Counted from the stretch's first letter, positions 32,503-43,678 are shown. The stretch: DNA of 64,000 nucleotides from Candidatus Latescibacterota bacterium (GCA_965207885.1 OZ242311.1:1952001-2016000); one strand, 5' to 3'. Numbers and translations are program-made. The notes: generated from the sequence alone by a model not told the origin.

Positions 32503-32820
32503 ATGTATGCAGTGGTCGATATCGCTGGTAGCCAATACAAGGTGCAAGAGGGCGATCATATCCGCGTGGCCCGGCTCGATGCCGAGGAGGGGGATTCACT
32601 TACTTTTCCCCAGGTGTTGCTCGTAGGTGACAGCGATGAAATTAAGGTGGGTACGCCTCAAGTTGAAGGGGCTACCGTTGAAGTGAGTGTTAAAGGACAT
32701 GGTCTCGCAGACAAAGTCATGATTTTTAAGATGAAGCGCCGCAAGAATTACCGGCGCAAGAGAGGGCATCGGCAATCTTATACCGATCTTCAGGTTGAAA
32801 AAATTGTAGCGGAAAGCTAA
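32503..32820 (+). CDS. rplU: 50S ribosomal protein L21
   Basis: [31 protein letters not shown]; RBS GGAGG. Confidence 0.98.
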   Translation: MYAVVDIAGSQYKVQEGDHIRVARLDAEEGDSLTFPQVLLVGDSDEIKVGTPQVEGATVEVSVKGHGLADKVMIFKMKRRKNYRRKRGHRQSYTDLQVEKIVAES

Positions 32821-32837
32821 AATCGAGGAGGCTTTTC

Positions 32838-34033
<1,196 letters not shown>

Positions 34034-34048
34034 AATAGAATTATGATT

Positions 34049-34080
34049 GTCATTGCGGCATGGTTTTAGCCGCAATCCAG
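34049..34080 (+). repeat. REP-like palindromic element
   Basis: GTCATTGCGGC-atggtttta-GCCGCAATCCAG hairpin resembling GTCATTGCG...GCAATCC repeats. Confidence 0.4.
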
Positions 34081-34120
34081 TGGTTTTGAGCCGTCACACG
34101 CGTGTAGCGGTTCCTAAGTC

Positions 34121-34170
34121 AGCCCGTTCAATCTCCCCAATAGAAGGGTAGTTGGACGGGCTTTTATCTT
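34121..34170 (+). terminator. Probable terminator after mdh, at the left edge of the defence island
   Basis: AGCCCGTTCAA...TTGGACGGGCT followed by TTTATCTT. Confidence 0.6.
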
Positions 34171-34197
34171 ATGTGCAAAAAATGAGAGGACGATCAA

Positions 34198-36333
34198 ATG
34201 CAAGATAGCCAGGTTAGTCGCATTCCCAACTTTATCTGGGGCATTGCCGACGATGTGTTGCGCGACCTGTACGTGCGGGGCAAGTACCGCGATATTATTC
34301 TGCCGATGACGGTGATTCGACGGCTGGACGCGGCGCTCGAGCCGACCAAGCAGGCTGTTCTCGCTATGCGAACCAGACTGGACGAGGATGGCGTTATTGA
34401 GCAGGAAGCCGCTCTGAAACAGGCTGCCGGGCACGCTTTTTACAACGCATCGCCATTCACGTTGCGCGATCTTCGCTCCCGCGCCAACCGGCAGCAACTT
34501 CGCGCTGACTTTGAGGCGTACCTGGAAGGATTTTCGTCCAATGTGCAGGATATTTTGAAGAATTTTGAGTTTCGCAATCAGATTCCGCGTTTGTCCGATG
34601 CCGATGCTCTCAGCGCGCTGATTGAGAAATTTCTGTCGCCGGATATCAATCTGAGTCCCTATCCGGTGGAGAATGGCGATGGCTCTGTGCGGTTTTCCGG
34701 TCTGGACAACCACGCGATGGGGACAATTTTCGAGGAATTGGTGCGGCGGTTTAACGAGGAGAATAACGAGGAGGCGGGCGAACACTGGACGCCGCGCGAT
34801 GCTGTCAAGCTGATGGCGAATCTCATTTTTCTCCCGGTGGCCGACGAGATTGAGTCGAGTACCTATTTGCTCTACGATGGTGCTTGCGGTACGGGTGGTA
34901 TGCTGACTGTCGCAGAGGAGACGCTTCGAGATCTCGCCCAGGAGCGCGATAAGCAGGTTTCCACGCATCTTTACGGACAGGAGATCAATGCCGAGACCTA
35001 TGCCATTTGCAAGGCGGATCTGTTGCTGAAGGGCGAAGGTAGTGCGGCGGATAATATTATTGGTGGACCGGAGTATTCGACGCTTTCCAATGATGCTTTC
35101 CCCTCCCACAAGTTTGATTTTATGCTCAGCAATCCGCCTTATGGCAAGAGTTGGAAGAATGATCTGGCTCGCCTGGGGGGCAAGAGTGGCTTATCTGATC
35201 CGCGATTTCTGATCGCTCATGACGGCGATGCGGAGTATTCTCTACTCACCCGCTCCAGCGATGGGCAGATGCTGTTTCTCGCCAATCTGCTTTCCAAAAT
35301 GAAGCGCGATACCACGCTGGGTAGCCGCATTGCCGAGGTTCACAATGGGAGTTCCCTGTTCACAGGTGACGCCGGGCAAGGTGAGAGCAATATTCGCCGC
35401 TGGATTATCGAGAATGACTATCTGGAGGCGATTGTCGCGCTGCCGCTCAATATGTTCTACAATACGGGTATTGCCACGTACATCTGGGTGCTTACCAATC
35501 GCAAGCCAGCGCGTCGGCGTGGCAAGGTGCAACTCATTGATGCTACTGAGTGGTATAGCCCTCTGCGTAAGAATTTGGGCGCCAAGAACTGCGAGTTGTC
35601 CAATGGCGACATTCGCCGCATTTGTGACGCTTTTCTGGCGTTTGAGGAGACCGAGCAGTCGAAGATTTTTCCCAATAAAGCATTCGGCTACTATAAGGTA
35701 ACGGTTGAACGACCACTGCGCCTCGCTGTGGATTTGTCGCGTGAACACCGCGGTCGGTTTCGGGATGCGTGCTGCGAAGCAGATGAAGAACCGCTCGCCG
35801 ATGTGGTTGATCGGGTGGCAGAGAATATTGGTAATGGTCCCCATCTCAATTTCAATTGTTTTACGGATGCGGTTGACGCAGAGGCGTCTGAGCAGGGTGT
35901 CAAGCTGATCGCTAAACGGAAAAAGCTGTTGCAAACGTCGCTGGCATTCCGAGATGAAACCGCCGAGCCAGTGATTAAGAGGGTTCACAAATTGGGCAAT
36001 AGAGAGCCAGATCCGATTCGCGGTCTGGTAGAGGCGACTGTGAATGACCAGTGCGTTGTCGTTGAATATGAACCCGATAGCGAGTTGCGCGATACCGAAC
36101 AGGTGCCCCTGCTCGATGAGGGTGGTATTGAGGGCTTCTTGCACCGCGAGGTGCTGCCTTATGCTCCGGATGCATGGTACGTTCCGACGAGTGTTAAAAT
36201 TGGCTATGAGATCAGCTTTACCCGTCACTTCTACAAGCCACAGCCCATGCGTTCACGAGAAGAAATCCGTGCTGATATTTTGAATTTGGGGCGGGAGAGT
36301 GAAGGGGTGTTGGCAGAGATTATGGGGGAGTAA
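34198..36333 (+). CDS. hsdM: Type I R-M N6-adenine methyltransferase
   Basis: FIWGIADDVLRD, AGEHWTPRD, YDGACGTGGML, NPPY, FYNTGIATY, KIGYEISF. Confidence 0.96.
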   Translation: MQDSQVSRIPNFIWGIADDVLRDLYVRGKYRDIILPMTVIRRLDAALEPTKQAVLAMRTRLDEDGVIEQEAALKQAAGHAFYNASPFTLRDLRSRANRQQLRADFEAYLEGFSSNVQDILKNFEFRNQIPRLSDADALSALIEKFLSPDINLSPYPVENGDGSVRFSGLDNHAMGTIFEELVRRFNEENNEEAGEHWTPRDAVKLMANLIFLPVADEIESSTYLLYDGACGTGGMLTVAEETLRDLAQERDKQVSTHLYGQEINAETYAICKADLLLKGEGSAADNIIGGPEYSTLSNDAFPSHKFDFMLSNPPYGKSWKNDLARLGGKSGLSDPRFLIAHDGDAEYSLLTRSSDGQMLFLANLLSKMKRDTTLGSRIAEVHNGSSLFTGDAGQGESNIRRWIIENDYLEAIVALPLNMFYNTGIATYIWVLTNRKPARRRGKVQLIDATEWYSPLRKNLGAKNCELSNGDIRRICDAFLAFEETEQSKIFPNKAFGYYKVTVERPLRLAVDLSREHRGRFRDACCEADEEPLADVVDRVAENIGNGPHLNFNCFTDAVDAEASEQGVKLIAKRKKLLQTSLAFRDETAEPVIKRVHKLGNREPDPIRGLVEATVNDQCVVVEYEPDSELRDTEQVPLLDEGGIEGFLHREVLPYAPDAWYVPTSVKIGYEISFTRHFYKPQPMRSREEIRADILNLGRESEGVLAEIMGE

Positions 36334-36489
36334 ATACCATGTCCAATGCAAACCCCTTCTTAAAAACAGGCGGGGATGGGCTTGAATGTGTGGGTAAAGT
36401 TGACTATACTAAATGCAGACTGCTATCACTCTGAATGCAGACCGAAATAAATAAGTGCTTGACCGCTAAAAGAAGGGCGAGGAGACAAA

Positions 36490-37536
36490 ATGCCACAAAA
36501 AAATGACTTAAAGAAAATTTACGCAGTAGATCTTTTTTGCGGTATTGGTGGATTGACAAAAGGTCTCGATTTGTCTGGCATTAGCGTCAAGGCAGGTTTC
36601 GATATTGATCAGTCGTGCCAATACGCATATGAGGCAAATAATCCTCAATCAAAATTTTTCACCGCCGATATTCGTGACATTCAATTCAGCGATATTGCGC
36701 CACATTATAAGGGCGCGGATATTGCGGTGATGGCCGGTTGTGCGCCTTGCCAGCCTTTTTCAGCGCATAATCAAAATAGAAAGACGCAAAATTGCCGAAC
36801 GGATGATTGTTCTTTGGTCGGGGAATTTGCTCGTCTTATTAGAGAGGGCTTGCCCGACTTAGTCACTATGGAAAATGTTCCCGGCCTCGCCAAACATGAA
36901 GCATTCGACGAATTTCTCATAATGCTCAACGACTTGGGTTACAAGTTGGACTATGATGTTTTGTCATGCGCGGATTACGGTGTTCCACAAAACAGAAAAC
37001 GCCTTGTTCTATTAGCATCCATGTTGGATGAAATTTCTTTGCCGCTCCCAATGAAAAACAAAAAGACTGTTGCCGATTTCATTCAACATTTGCCTGCGAT
37101 TAAAGATGGAGAAGTCTCTCCCGATGACCCTGCTCATATTTCGATGGCATTGTCTCCTAAAAATAAATTACGAATTCGCCAATCAAAACCGGGGGGGACA
37201 TGGAAGGATTGGGATGAGGATATTATCAACGATTGTCATCGCAAGGCATACTATTCATCGTCCTACGGTAGAATGAGTTGGGATGCGCCCGGGCCAACTA
37301 TCACTACGCAATTCTGTTATTACAGCACTGGACGATTTGGACATCCTGAGCAGGATCGAGCAGTATCAGTTCGTGAAGCTGCATTGTTACAAACTTTTCC
37401 ACTCGATTACAAATTCGCAGAGCCGGGGCAACCTGTTGTCATAACGAAAACGGCTCGGTACATTGGCAATGCTGTGCCGGTCAAACTGGCTGAAGCCATT
37501 GGGAAATCACTTATAGAGGCGGCAAATGTCCAATAG
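36490..37536 (+). CDS. C5-cytosine DNA methyltransferase (M.HgiDII-like)
   Basis: DLFCGIGG, GCAPCQPFS, ENV, PQNRKR, YGRMSWD, GRFGHPEQDRA, IGNAVP. Confidence 0.93.
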   Translation: MPQKNDLKKIYAVDLFCGIGGLTKGLDLSGISVKAGFDIDQSCQYAYEANNPQSKFFTADIRDIQFSDIAPHYKGADIAVMAGCAPCQPFSAHNQNRKTQNCRTDDCSLVGEFARLIREGLPDLVTMENVPGLAKHEAFDEFLIMLNDLGYKLDYDVLSCADYGVPQNRKRLVLLASMLDEISLPLPMKNKKTVADFIQHLPAIKDGEVSPDDPAHISMALSPKNKLRIRQSKPGGTWKDWDEDIINDCHRKAYYSSSYGRMSWDAPGPTITTQFCYYSTGRFGHPEQDRAVSVREAALLQTFPLDYKFAEPGQPVVITKTARYIGNAVPVKLAEAIGKSLIEAANVQ

Positions 37537-39553
37537 CAGATACAAAATGAGCATCAGTTTGAATGTACTCAACCACTTGGGATTGAACCTGTATAGCAAT
37601 ACGCCAGCGGTGCTTGCCGAAGTAATTGCCAACGCTTGGGATGCCGATGCTACCGAGGTAAAAGTTGATTTCGATATTGGACAGAAAACAATCACCGTTA
37701 CTGATAACGGGCACGGAATGGACCTGAGTGATATCAATGATAAGTATCTGCATGTCGGGTATCAAAAGAGGGGGGTTGAATCTGATTATCACACGCTTGG
37801 TGGTAGAAAGCCGATGGGTAGAAAAGGTATTGGGAAGCTGTCTTTGTTCTCCATTGCAAAAAAAATCTTTGTCTATAGCCTCAAAGAAGGTGGTGAGAAC
37901 GAATCCTTTTTAATGGATTCAGACGAGATTAAAAAGGCTATACAAAATGAAGACCCGTCATCGCCGGGAGAATACGAGCCTGAACCAGTGCCGTTTGACG
38001 CTGACATTGAGGAACAGGGGACGGTCATAAAAATTACGGAACTGAAGAAGCTGCGATTGACACAAGCGTCAATCAATGGGCTTAGAAAGAGAATTGCTCG
38101 CAGATTTGGGATCATTGATGATCAGTTAGGCTTTCGTATCGTCGTGAATGGGAAAGAAGTAAGTTTTTCTGACCGAGATTATTTTCATAAAGCTCGTTTT
38201 ATTTTTCAATATGGTGATTATGACTACGCTCAATATTGCCAAAATTTAGACACGGATAGCGACACAGGCGAGAAGATGAGCTTTGAACGCCCCTTCCGTT
38301 TCGATTCGGAGGGCAATGCTACTGAAGAAGGGGAATACAAGATTAGCGGCTGGATTGCCATCGCACGTCACTCTAACGATTTGGATGACCGGGGGCAGGA
38401 CGATAATCTGAACAAAATTACGATTGTTGTACGGGGTAAAGTTGCCCTAGAGGATATTCTACAAGAATATCGCATGGGATCAATGATAAGCAAGTTTATC
38501 TACGGAGAAATCAACGCTGATTTTCTTGATGAAGATGGTAAGGATGACATCGCCACTTCCAGCCGCCAGAGACTTGTTGAGGATGACCCACGGTATATCG
38601 CACTTAGGAAGTTTATTGATAGGGAACTTCGGACTATAAGGACAGAAACCGATAAGCTAAAAAGAAATAAAGGTATAGAAGAGGCGGTTAAGCACAATCC
38701 CCATATCAAAGAGTGGTATGATGAATTGCAGCCGCGTGACTTGCAAGAATCAGCAAAGAAAATTTTTGCAGTTATTGACCAAGCCGGCGTTGATGAGACG
38801 TATAAAAATGATTTATATGCCAATGGCATCTTGGCTTTTGAAAGGCTAAAAATGAACCACGCGCTGGAGAAATTAGAAACCATCGATGCGTCCAATTTAG
38901 ACGAGTTTCTTAGTTATTTGTCTGATGTCGATGCTATAGAGGCGGCACACTACCACGAGATAGTTCAAGAACGACTCAGTATAATCCGCAAATTACGAGA
39001 GCAGGTTGACAAAAATGTTATTGAATCGTTATTACGGGATTACATATTTGATCACTTATGGCTTCTTGATCCTGCATGGGAACGTGCAACCGTGTATAAA
39101 AACATGGAACAAACTCTTCAAAGAATCGTGGATGGAGTCACCCAAAAAAACAGGTTCGTAAGAACAGATATCAGATATCGTAGGGTTTCCGGCGCACATG
39201 TGATTATCGAACTAAAAAGACCTAAAAGGCTTTTGGAAAAGACAGAAATTGAGTCTCAGGTCCGTAAGTATATTGATGCCGTTAGCAACGAATTGAAAAA
39301 GGATCCTAATGAGAGCCATTTCCTTATTGAATCATTTTGCATTGTAGATAGACTGCCTCAGGGATGGGAGGATCGTGAAACCCGAAGAACCGACGAAGAT
39401 TCATTGAAACTTTATCGTATTAGAGTTCTCACTTATACCGAACTAATTAACAATGCTAACTCAGCATACTCGAAGTTTATTCAGGCATCCGAGTCAGTAA
39501 CAGAGTTGCGTACTCTGCTTGATAACATCCGGACATATAAAAAAGTGCCGTAG
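37526..39553 (+). CDS. MORC/GHKL ATPase fused to a PD-(D/E)xK nuclease (BbrUII/HgiDII-like restriction enzyme)
   Basis: LGLNLYS, EVIANAWDADA, DNGHGM, MGRKGIGKL, DIATSSRQ, HLWLLDPAWE, TDI...IIELKRP; overlaps the methylase gene. Confidence 0.85.
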   Translation: MSNSRYKMSISLNVLNHLGLNLYSNTPAVLAEVIANAWDADATEVKVDFDIGQKTITVTDNGHGMDLSDINDKYLHVGYQKRGVESDYHTLGGRKPMGRKGIGKLSLFSIAKKIFVYSLKEGGENESFLMDSDEIKKAIQNEDPSSPGEYEPEPVPFDADIEEQGTVIKITELKKLRLTQASINGLRKRIARRFGIIDDQLGFRIVVNGKEVSFSDRDYFHKARFIFQYGDYDYAQYCQNLDTDSDTGEKMSFERPFRFDSEGNATEEGEYKISGWIAIARHSNDLDDRGQDDNLNKITIVVRGKVALEDILQEYRMGSMISKFIYGEINADFLDEDGKDDIATSSRQRLVEDDPRYIALRKFIDRELRTIRTETDKLKRNKGIEEAVKHNPHIKEWYDELQPRDLQESAKKIFAVIDQAGVDETYKNDLYANGILAFERLKMNHALEKLETIDASNLDEFLSYLSDVDAIEAAHYHEIVQERLSIIRKLREQVDKNVIESLLRDYIFDHLWLLDPAWERATVYKNMEQTLQRIVDGVTQKNRFVRTDIRYRRVSGAHVIIELKRPKRLLEKTEIESQVRKYIDAVSNELKKDPNESHFLIESFCIVDRLPQGWEDRETRRTDEDSLKLYRIRVLTYTELINNANSAYSKFIQASESVTELRTLLDNIRTYKKVP

Positions 39554-39554
39554 A

Positions 39555-40859
39555 ATGACCGCCCACTTGAAACCCTATCCTTCCTACAAGCCCTCCGGTG
39601 TTGAGTGGCTCGGCGATGTGCCAGCGCATTGGGGAGTAGTAAGAATCTCTGCGACAGCAGGTGGCGGCGTGGACTCTTTCACCGACGGTGACTGGATTGA
39701 ACTACCCTATATCACGGACAATGGAGTCAGGCTCATTCAGACGGGGAACATAGGTATTGGGATGTATCGCGAACAGGGATTTCGCTACATCAGTCAACTA
39801 TCGTTTGACACGCTTCGCTGCACCGAAGTCAACCCTGGTGACGTTTTGATTTGCCGCTTGGCCGACCCTGTCGGTCGAGCTTGTCTGGCACCAGATCTCG
39901 GCGTGCGGATGATCACATCCGTTGATGTGTGCATCCTTAAGCCCTCTGAACAGTTCTCGGCCAAATATCTGGTTTTCCTCTTGAGTTGCAATCATTACCT
40001 CAACTATGTGGCGTCTCTCGTACGGGGCGGTACGCGTGATCGCATCAGTCGGTCAATGTTGGGAGTCATCAAAATTCCTTTTCCACCCCTCTCCGACCAA
40101 ACTGCCATCGTCCGCTATCTCAACCAGGCAGACGAGCGCATCCGCCGCTACGTCAGCAGCAGGGAGCAACTCATCGAACTGCTGGTGGAATATCGGTCGG
40201 CTGTCATCCACCACGCTGTCACGCGCGGCCTTAACCCCGATGTGCGCTTCAAGTCCTCTGGCGTGGAGTGGCTTGGCGATGTGCCGGTGCATTGGGAGGT
40301 GAGGCGGTTACGGTCTCTTGCTAAAATCACAACTGGTGGACAGGATACAATCAATCAACGAGACGATGGCAAGTATCCTTTTTTTGTTCGGTCTCAGACT
40401 GTTGAGAGAATAGATACGTGGTCTTTTGATGGTGAAGCAGTTTTGACAGCCGGGGATGGAGTAGGTGTTGGGAAGGTCTTCCATTATGTCAATGGAAAGT
40501 TCGACTATCATCAACGTGTTTACAAGTTCAGTGATTTTAGTGCCGTTTCGGGAAAGTTTTTTTTCCACTACTTTAGGGCACTACTTCGCTTTGAAGTGTT
40601 GCAGGGAACTGCGAAATCCACGGTAGATTCCTTGAGACTTCCAATGTTGCAGAACTTTCCTGTGGCTCTCCCATCCCTTCCCGAACAAACCGCTATCGTC
40701 GCGTATCTCGATAAGGCCACCGCCGATGTTGATGTCGCCATTGACCGTGCGCGACGAGAAATTGAGTTGCTGGGCGAATACCGCACCCGGTTGATTGCCG
40801 ATGTGGTTACAGGCAAAGTAGATGTGCGCGAGGCAGCGGCTGAGTTGTCTGCTGTTTAA
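39555..40859 (+). CDS. hsdS: Type I R-M specificity subunit
   Basis: Two conserved KxSGVEWLGDVP.HW blocks, PPL.(D/E)Q.AIV.YL, EYRTRLIADVVTGK; two TRDs. Confidence 0.95.
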   Translation: MTAHLKPYPSYKPSGVEWLGDVPAHWGVVRISATAGGGVDSFTDGDWIELPYITDNGVRLIQTGNIGIGMYREQGFRYISQLSFDTLRCTEVNPGDVLICRLADPVGRACLAPDLGVRMITSVDVCILKPSEQFSAKYLVFLLSCNHYLNYVASLVRGGTRDRISRSMLGVIKIPFPPLSDQTAIVRYLNQADERIRRYVSSREQLIELLVEYRSAVIHHAVTRGLNPDVRFKSSGVEWLGDVPVHWEVRRLRSLAKITTGGQDTINQRDDGKYPFFVRSQTVERIDTWSFDGEAVLTAGDGVGVGKVFHYVNGKFDYHQRVYKFSDFSAVSGKFFFHYFRALLRFEVLQGTAKSTVDSLRLPMLQNFPVALPSLPEQTAIVAYLDKATADVDVAIDRARREIELLGEYRTRLIADVVTGKVDVREAAAELSAV

Positions 40860-41494
40860 TGTACAGAAATAGAGATTATATGGACAATCGCTCAGTTCTC
40901 AAGATGACGCCCGGACGCGCCGCACTGGTCGGGCTGATGAACTGCTATCTTCGCGGCTTACTGGATCCATTTATAACGTTGCTGGAAGTGCATAAGCTCA
41001 TGTATTTTATGCAGGCCGCATTCGAGCCGTTGAAACTGAAATTCGCCAAAGGTACGTATGGACCGTATGCTGAGAACCTTCGGCATGTGTTGAACGCCAT
41101 TGAGGGATATCTGGTGTCTAGCTATGCCGATGGTGGTGCTCCCGATAAGGAATTGGAATTGGTTCCGGGTGCGCTCGACGATGCCCATGCGTTTCTCGAA
41201 AACACACCTGAAACGCAGGCGCGCTTTGAAAGGGTTTCCGCGCTCATTGAAGGGTTCGAGTCGTCGTTTGGCCTGGAATTGCTCTCTACGGTGCATTGGA
41301 TCGCCAGCGAGGAGAAGATATTGGATTTTGACGATATCGTGAATCATACTTATGCCTGGAGCGAAAGAAAGAAGCAGTTTTCACAGCGTCAGATTAAGAT
41401 TGCATTTGATGTTTTGTCGGAGAAGGGCTGGATTGAGCATACCGATGGGCGTGAGACAGCGCATCCGGGAAGGACATCTGAAAAAAATAAGTAA
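40859..41494 (+). CDS. Orphan C-terminal domain of a DarG-like antitoxin (no macrodomain)
   Basis: MTPGRAAL, LLEVHKLMYFMQ, YGPYAENLRHVL, LIEGFESSFGLELLSTVHW, W.ERK..F match my recollection of DarG C-termini; only 211 aa. Confidence 0.7.
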   Translation: MYRNRDYMDNRSVLKMTPGRAALVGLMNCYLRGLLDPFITLLEVHKLMYFMQAAFEPLKLKFAKGTYGPYAENLRHVLNAIEGYLVSSYADGGAPDKELELVPGALDDAHAFLENTPETQARFERVSALIEGFESSFGLELLSTVHWIASEEKILDFDDIVNHTYAWSERKKQFSQRQIKIAFDVLSEKGWIEHTDGRETAHPGRTSEKNK

Positions 41495-41563
41495 AGGAAA
41501 CGAGTTTGAAAAAGGATATTATAGAAAAGAAACATATATAAATATTTGTTTTGCAAAGACTTG

Positions 41564-41606
41564 TCCTTTACTAAATTTTAGAATATTTTGAGAGTTTAGT
41601 AAAGGA
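41564..41606. promoter_or_regulatory. 12-bp perfect inverted repeat in an AT-rich intergenic region
   Basis: TCCTTTACTAAA-19 nt-TTTAGTAAAGGA. Confidence 0.45.
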
Positions 41607-41667
41607 TTTAGCAAAGCCGCGTCGTTTTTCAAGCTCTTAATTGACTGTGGGCATAAATTTTTCAACT

Positions 41668-41854
41668 TTGTTTGACGGTTGTTTGATGGTTGTTTGATGG
41701 TTGTTTGATGGTTGTTTGATGGAAAACCCGAAAAATGACTCGGTGAAGCAGGTGTGATTTTGTAATGCATTGTTATTAAATCACTTACTGTTTTGTAATT
41801 TGTTTGATGGTTGTTTGATGGAAAGCCAAATGACCATTGACACCATCGAGCGCG
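41668..41854 (+). repeat. 11-bp repeat element, copy 1
   Basis: 5x TTGTTTGAYGG (41668-41722), 77-bp spacer, 2x TTGTTTGATGG (41800-41821), 33-bp tail shared with copy 2. Confidence 0.95.
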
Positions 41855-41870
41855 GTGCGGAGGTTTTGAT

Positions 41871-43349
41871 ATGAACGGTCAACGTTCCCCCGAGTACCTG
41901 GAAGGTCTTCTCCGAGAGCTATGTGCTTTGCCGTACGAGACCGAGTGGGTAGAATTTAAGGAAGACAACACTGACCCACAGGAGATCGGCGAGTATCTTT
42001 CTGCCCTTGCCAATTCGGCGGCACTTGCGGGCAAAGCCGCGGCCTATCTGGTGTGGGGTGTGCGCGATCAGGACCACGCAGTCGTGGGGAGCAACTTTGA
42101 TCCCAGGTCCGCCAAGAAGGGAAGTGAGGAACTGGAAAATTGGCTGCTACGTTTGCTCGAACCGAAGATTGATTTTCATTTTTTTTCCTTGAGTACCGAG
42201 AAGGGGGCAGTCATCCTGACGGAAATTAACCGTGCTTCGCGGCATCCGGTACGCTTTGCCGGTCAGGAATATATCCGTGTGGGCAGCTATAAGAAAAAGC
42301 TCAAGGATCATCCCGAAAGAGAACGGGCGCTGTGGCGCATTTTTGACCAGACGCCATTCGAGGAAGGCGTTGCACTTGAACGGGCGACGGGCGACGATGT
42401 TGTTCGTCTGCTGGATTGTCAGGCCTATTTCGATCTGCTGAAACTGCCACAGCCGAGGACCCAGCGCGGCCTCCTTGAGGTGCTGGCGAGCGACGAATTG
42501 ATCCGGCCTTCGGTAGCTGGTGGATGGGACATCACCAATCTCGGAGCGATACTCTTTGCCAAAGATCTCGACGATTTTCGAACCTTGCGTCGAAAGGCCA
42601 TGCGTGTTATTCATTACAAGGGTAGTGGCCGGTTGGAGACCTTGAAGGAACGCGAAGTCCCCAGGGGCTATGCTTCTGGATTTGAAGGGCTGAACGAATA
42701 CATCCACGCGTTATTACCTGAGAACGAGGTTATTGAACAGGCTCTGCGCCGAACAGTAGCGACATTTCCAATCGTAGCCGTGCGCGAACTGGTCGCCAAC
42801 GCACTCATCCATCAGGATTTTTTTGCAACGGGAACCGGGCCAATGGTAGAAATATTCGAAGGCCGAATCGAGATTACCAATCCCGGCGCACCTCTCGTCG
42901 ATATTGACCGATTGGTGGATGCAGCACCGAAATCGCGCAACGATAAACTGGCATCGCTCATGCGGCGCTTCAACTTGTGTGAGGAGCGCGGTAGCGGCAT
43001 CGACAAGGTGGTATTCCAGGTTGAGTTGTTCCAACTTCCCGCGCCGTTGTTCGAGATACCTGGAGATGCCACTCGCGCTACGCTTTTTGCGCCTAAGGCA
43101 CTAAGGGAAATGAATCGGCAGGAACGAATTCGCGCCTGTTATTTTCACGCCTGCCTGAATTATGTGCTGAGCAAACCTGTCACCAACTCCTCAATTCGCA
43201 CGCGATTTGGCATTCCAGATCACAACGCTTCGACTGCCTCACGGCTACTGAATGAAGCTGTCGAAGCAGGTGTTATCGCCGTTGAGATGGCCAATAGCGG
43301 CACCAGAAATCGCCGCTACGTGCCCTTCTGGGCGGCCCAGACGGATTGA
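41871..43349 (+). CDS. AlbA_2 (Schlafen-like) + HATPase_c_4 + wHTH protein
   Basis: ETEWVEFKE, SALANSA, LVWGV, YIRVGS; VRELVANALIHQD, IEITNPG, SRNDKLASLMRR, CEERGSGID; C-terminal HTH ending YVPFWA. Confidence 0.88.
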   Translation: MNGQRSPEYLEGLLRELCALPYETEWVEFKEDNTDPQEIGEYLSALANSAALAGKAAAYLVWGVRDQDHAVVGSNFDPRSAKKGSEELENWLLRLLEPKIDFHFFSLSTEKGAVILTEINRASRHPVRFAGQEYIRVGSYKKKLKDHPERERALWRIFDQTPFEEGVALERATGDDVVRLLDCQAYFDLLKLPQPRTQRGLLEVLASDELIRPSVAGGWDITNLGAILFAKDLDDFRTLRRKAMRVIHYKGSGRLETLKEREVPRGYASGFEGLNEYIHALLPENEVIEQALRRTVATFPIVAVRELVANALIHQDFFATGTGPMVEIFEGRIEITNPGAPLVDIDRLVDAAPKSRNDKLASLMRRFNLCEERGSGIDKVVFQVELFQLPAPLFEIPGDATRATLFAPKALREMNRQERIRACYFHACLNYVLSKPVTNSSIRTRFGIPDHNASTASRLLNEAVEAGVIAVEMANSGTRNRRYVPFWAAQTD

Positions 43350-43356
43350 CGGCCAT

Positions 43357-43510
43357 TTGTTTGATGGTTGTTTGATAGAAAACCCGAAAAATGACTCGGC
43401 AGGACAGGTCTGGCTTCATAAACCATTGTTATCCAAACACTTACTGTTTTGAAATTTGTTTGATGGTTGTTTGATGGAAAACCAAATGATCACTGGCACA
43501 ACCGAGCACG
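43357..43510 (+). repeat. 11-bp repeat element, copy 2
   Basis: 2 units (43357-43378), 77-bp spacer, 2 units (43456-43477); colinear with 41701-41854. Confidence 0.95.
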
Positions 43511-43678
43511 TTTGACACCTATTGCACAGCATCGCGATATTGGATATACTCTCACAGACTTGAAGAACCATAGTGAGGCCGCGCGAAATAATTTGAGGGT
43601 GGAGGTCTTTGAAGGGGCTATGGAAGAATTGGGTGATGTGACGATTGTAGCAGAGGTTAATGATAGAGGTTGTAACCC

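Noticed and set aside
34114-36228. Long antisense ORFs (34114..35109, 35242..36228 and similar ones opposite ahcY, rng and dapL)
   Set aside because: Shadow frames of well-supported genes with no recognisable motifs
36455-36465. Single GTGCTTGACCG unit upstream of the m5C methylase
   Set aside because: Resembles the 11-mer but is alone, with no second cluster or core; could be chance or a -35 box
39555-40310. Direct repeat within hsdS (GAGTGGCT.GGCGATGTGCC)
   Set aside because: Expected conserved regions flanking the two TRDs; no inverted copy or invertase, so not a shufflon
41519-41770. Minus-strand ORF with SNNHQT repeats
   Set aside because: Translation artefact of the 11-bp array
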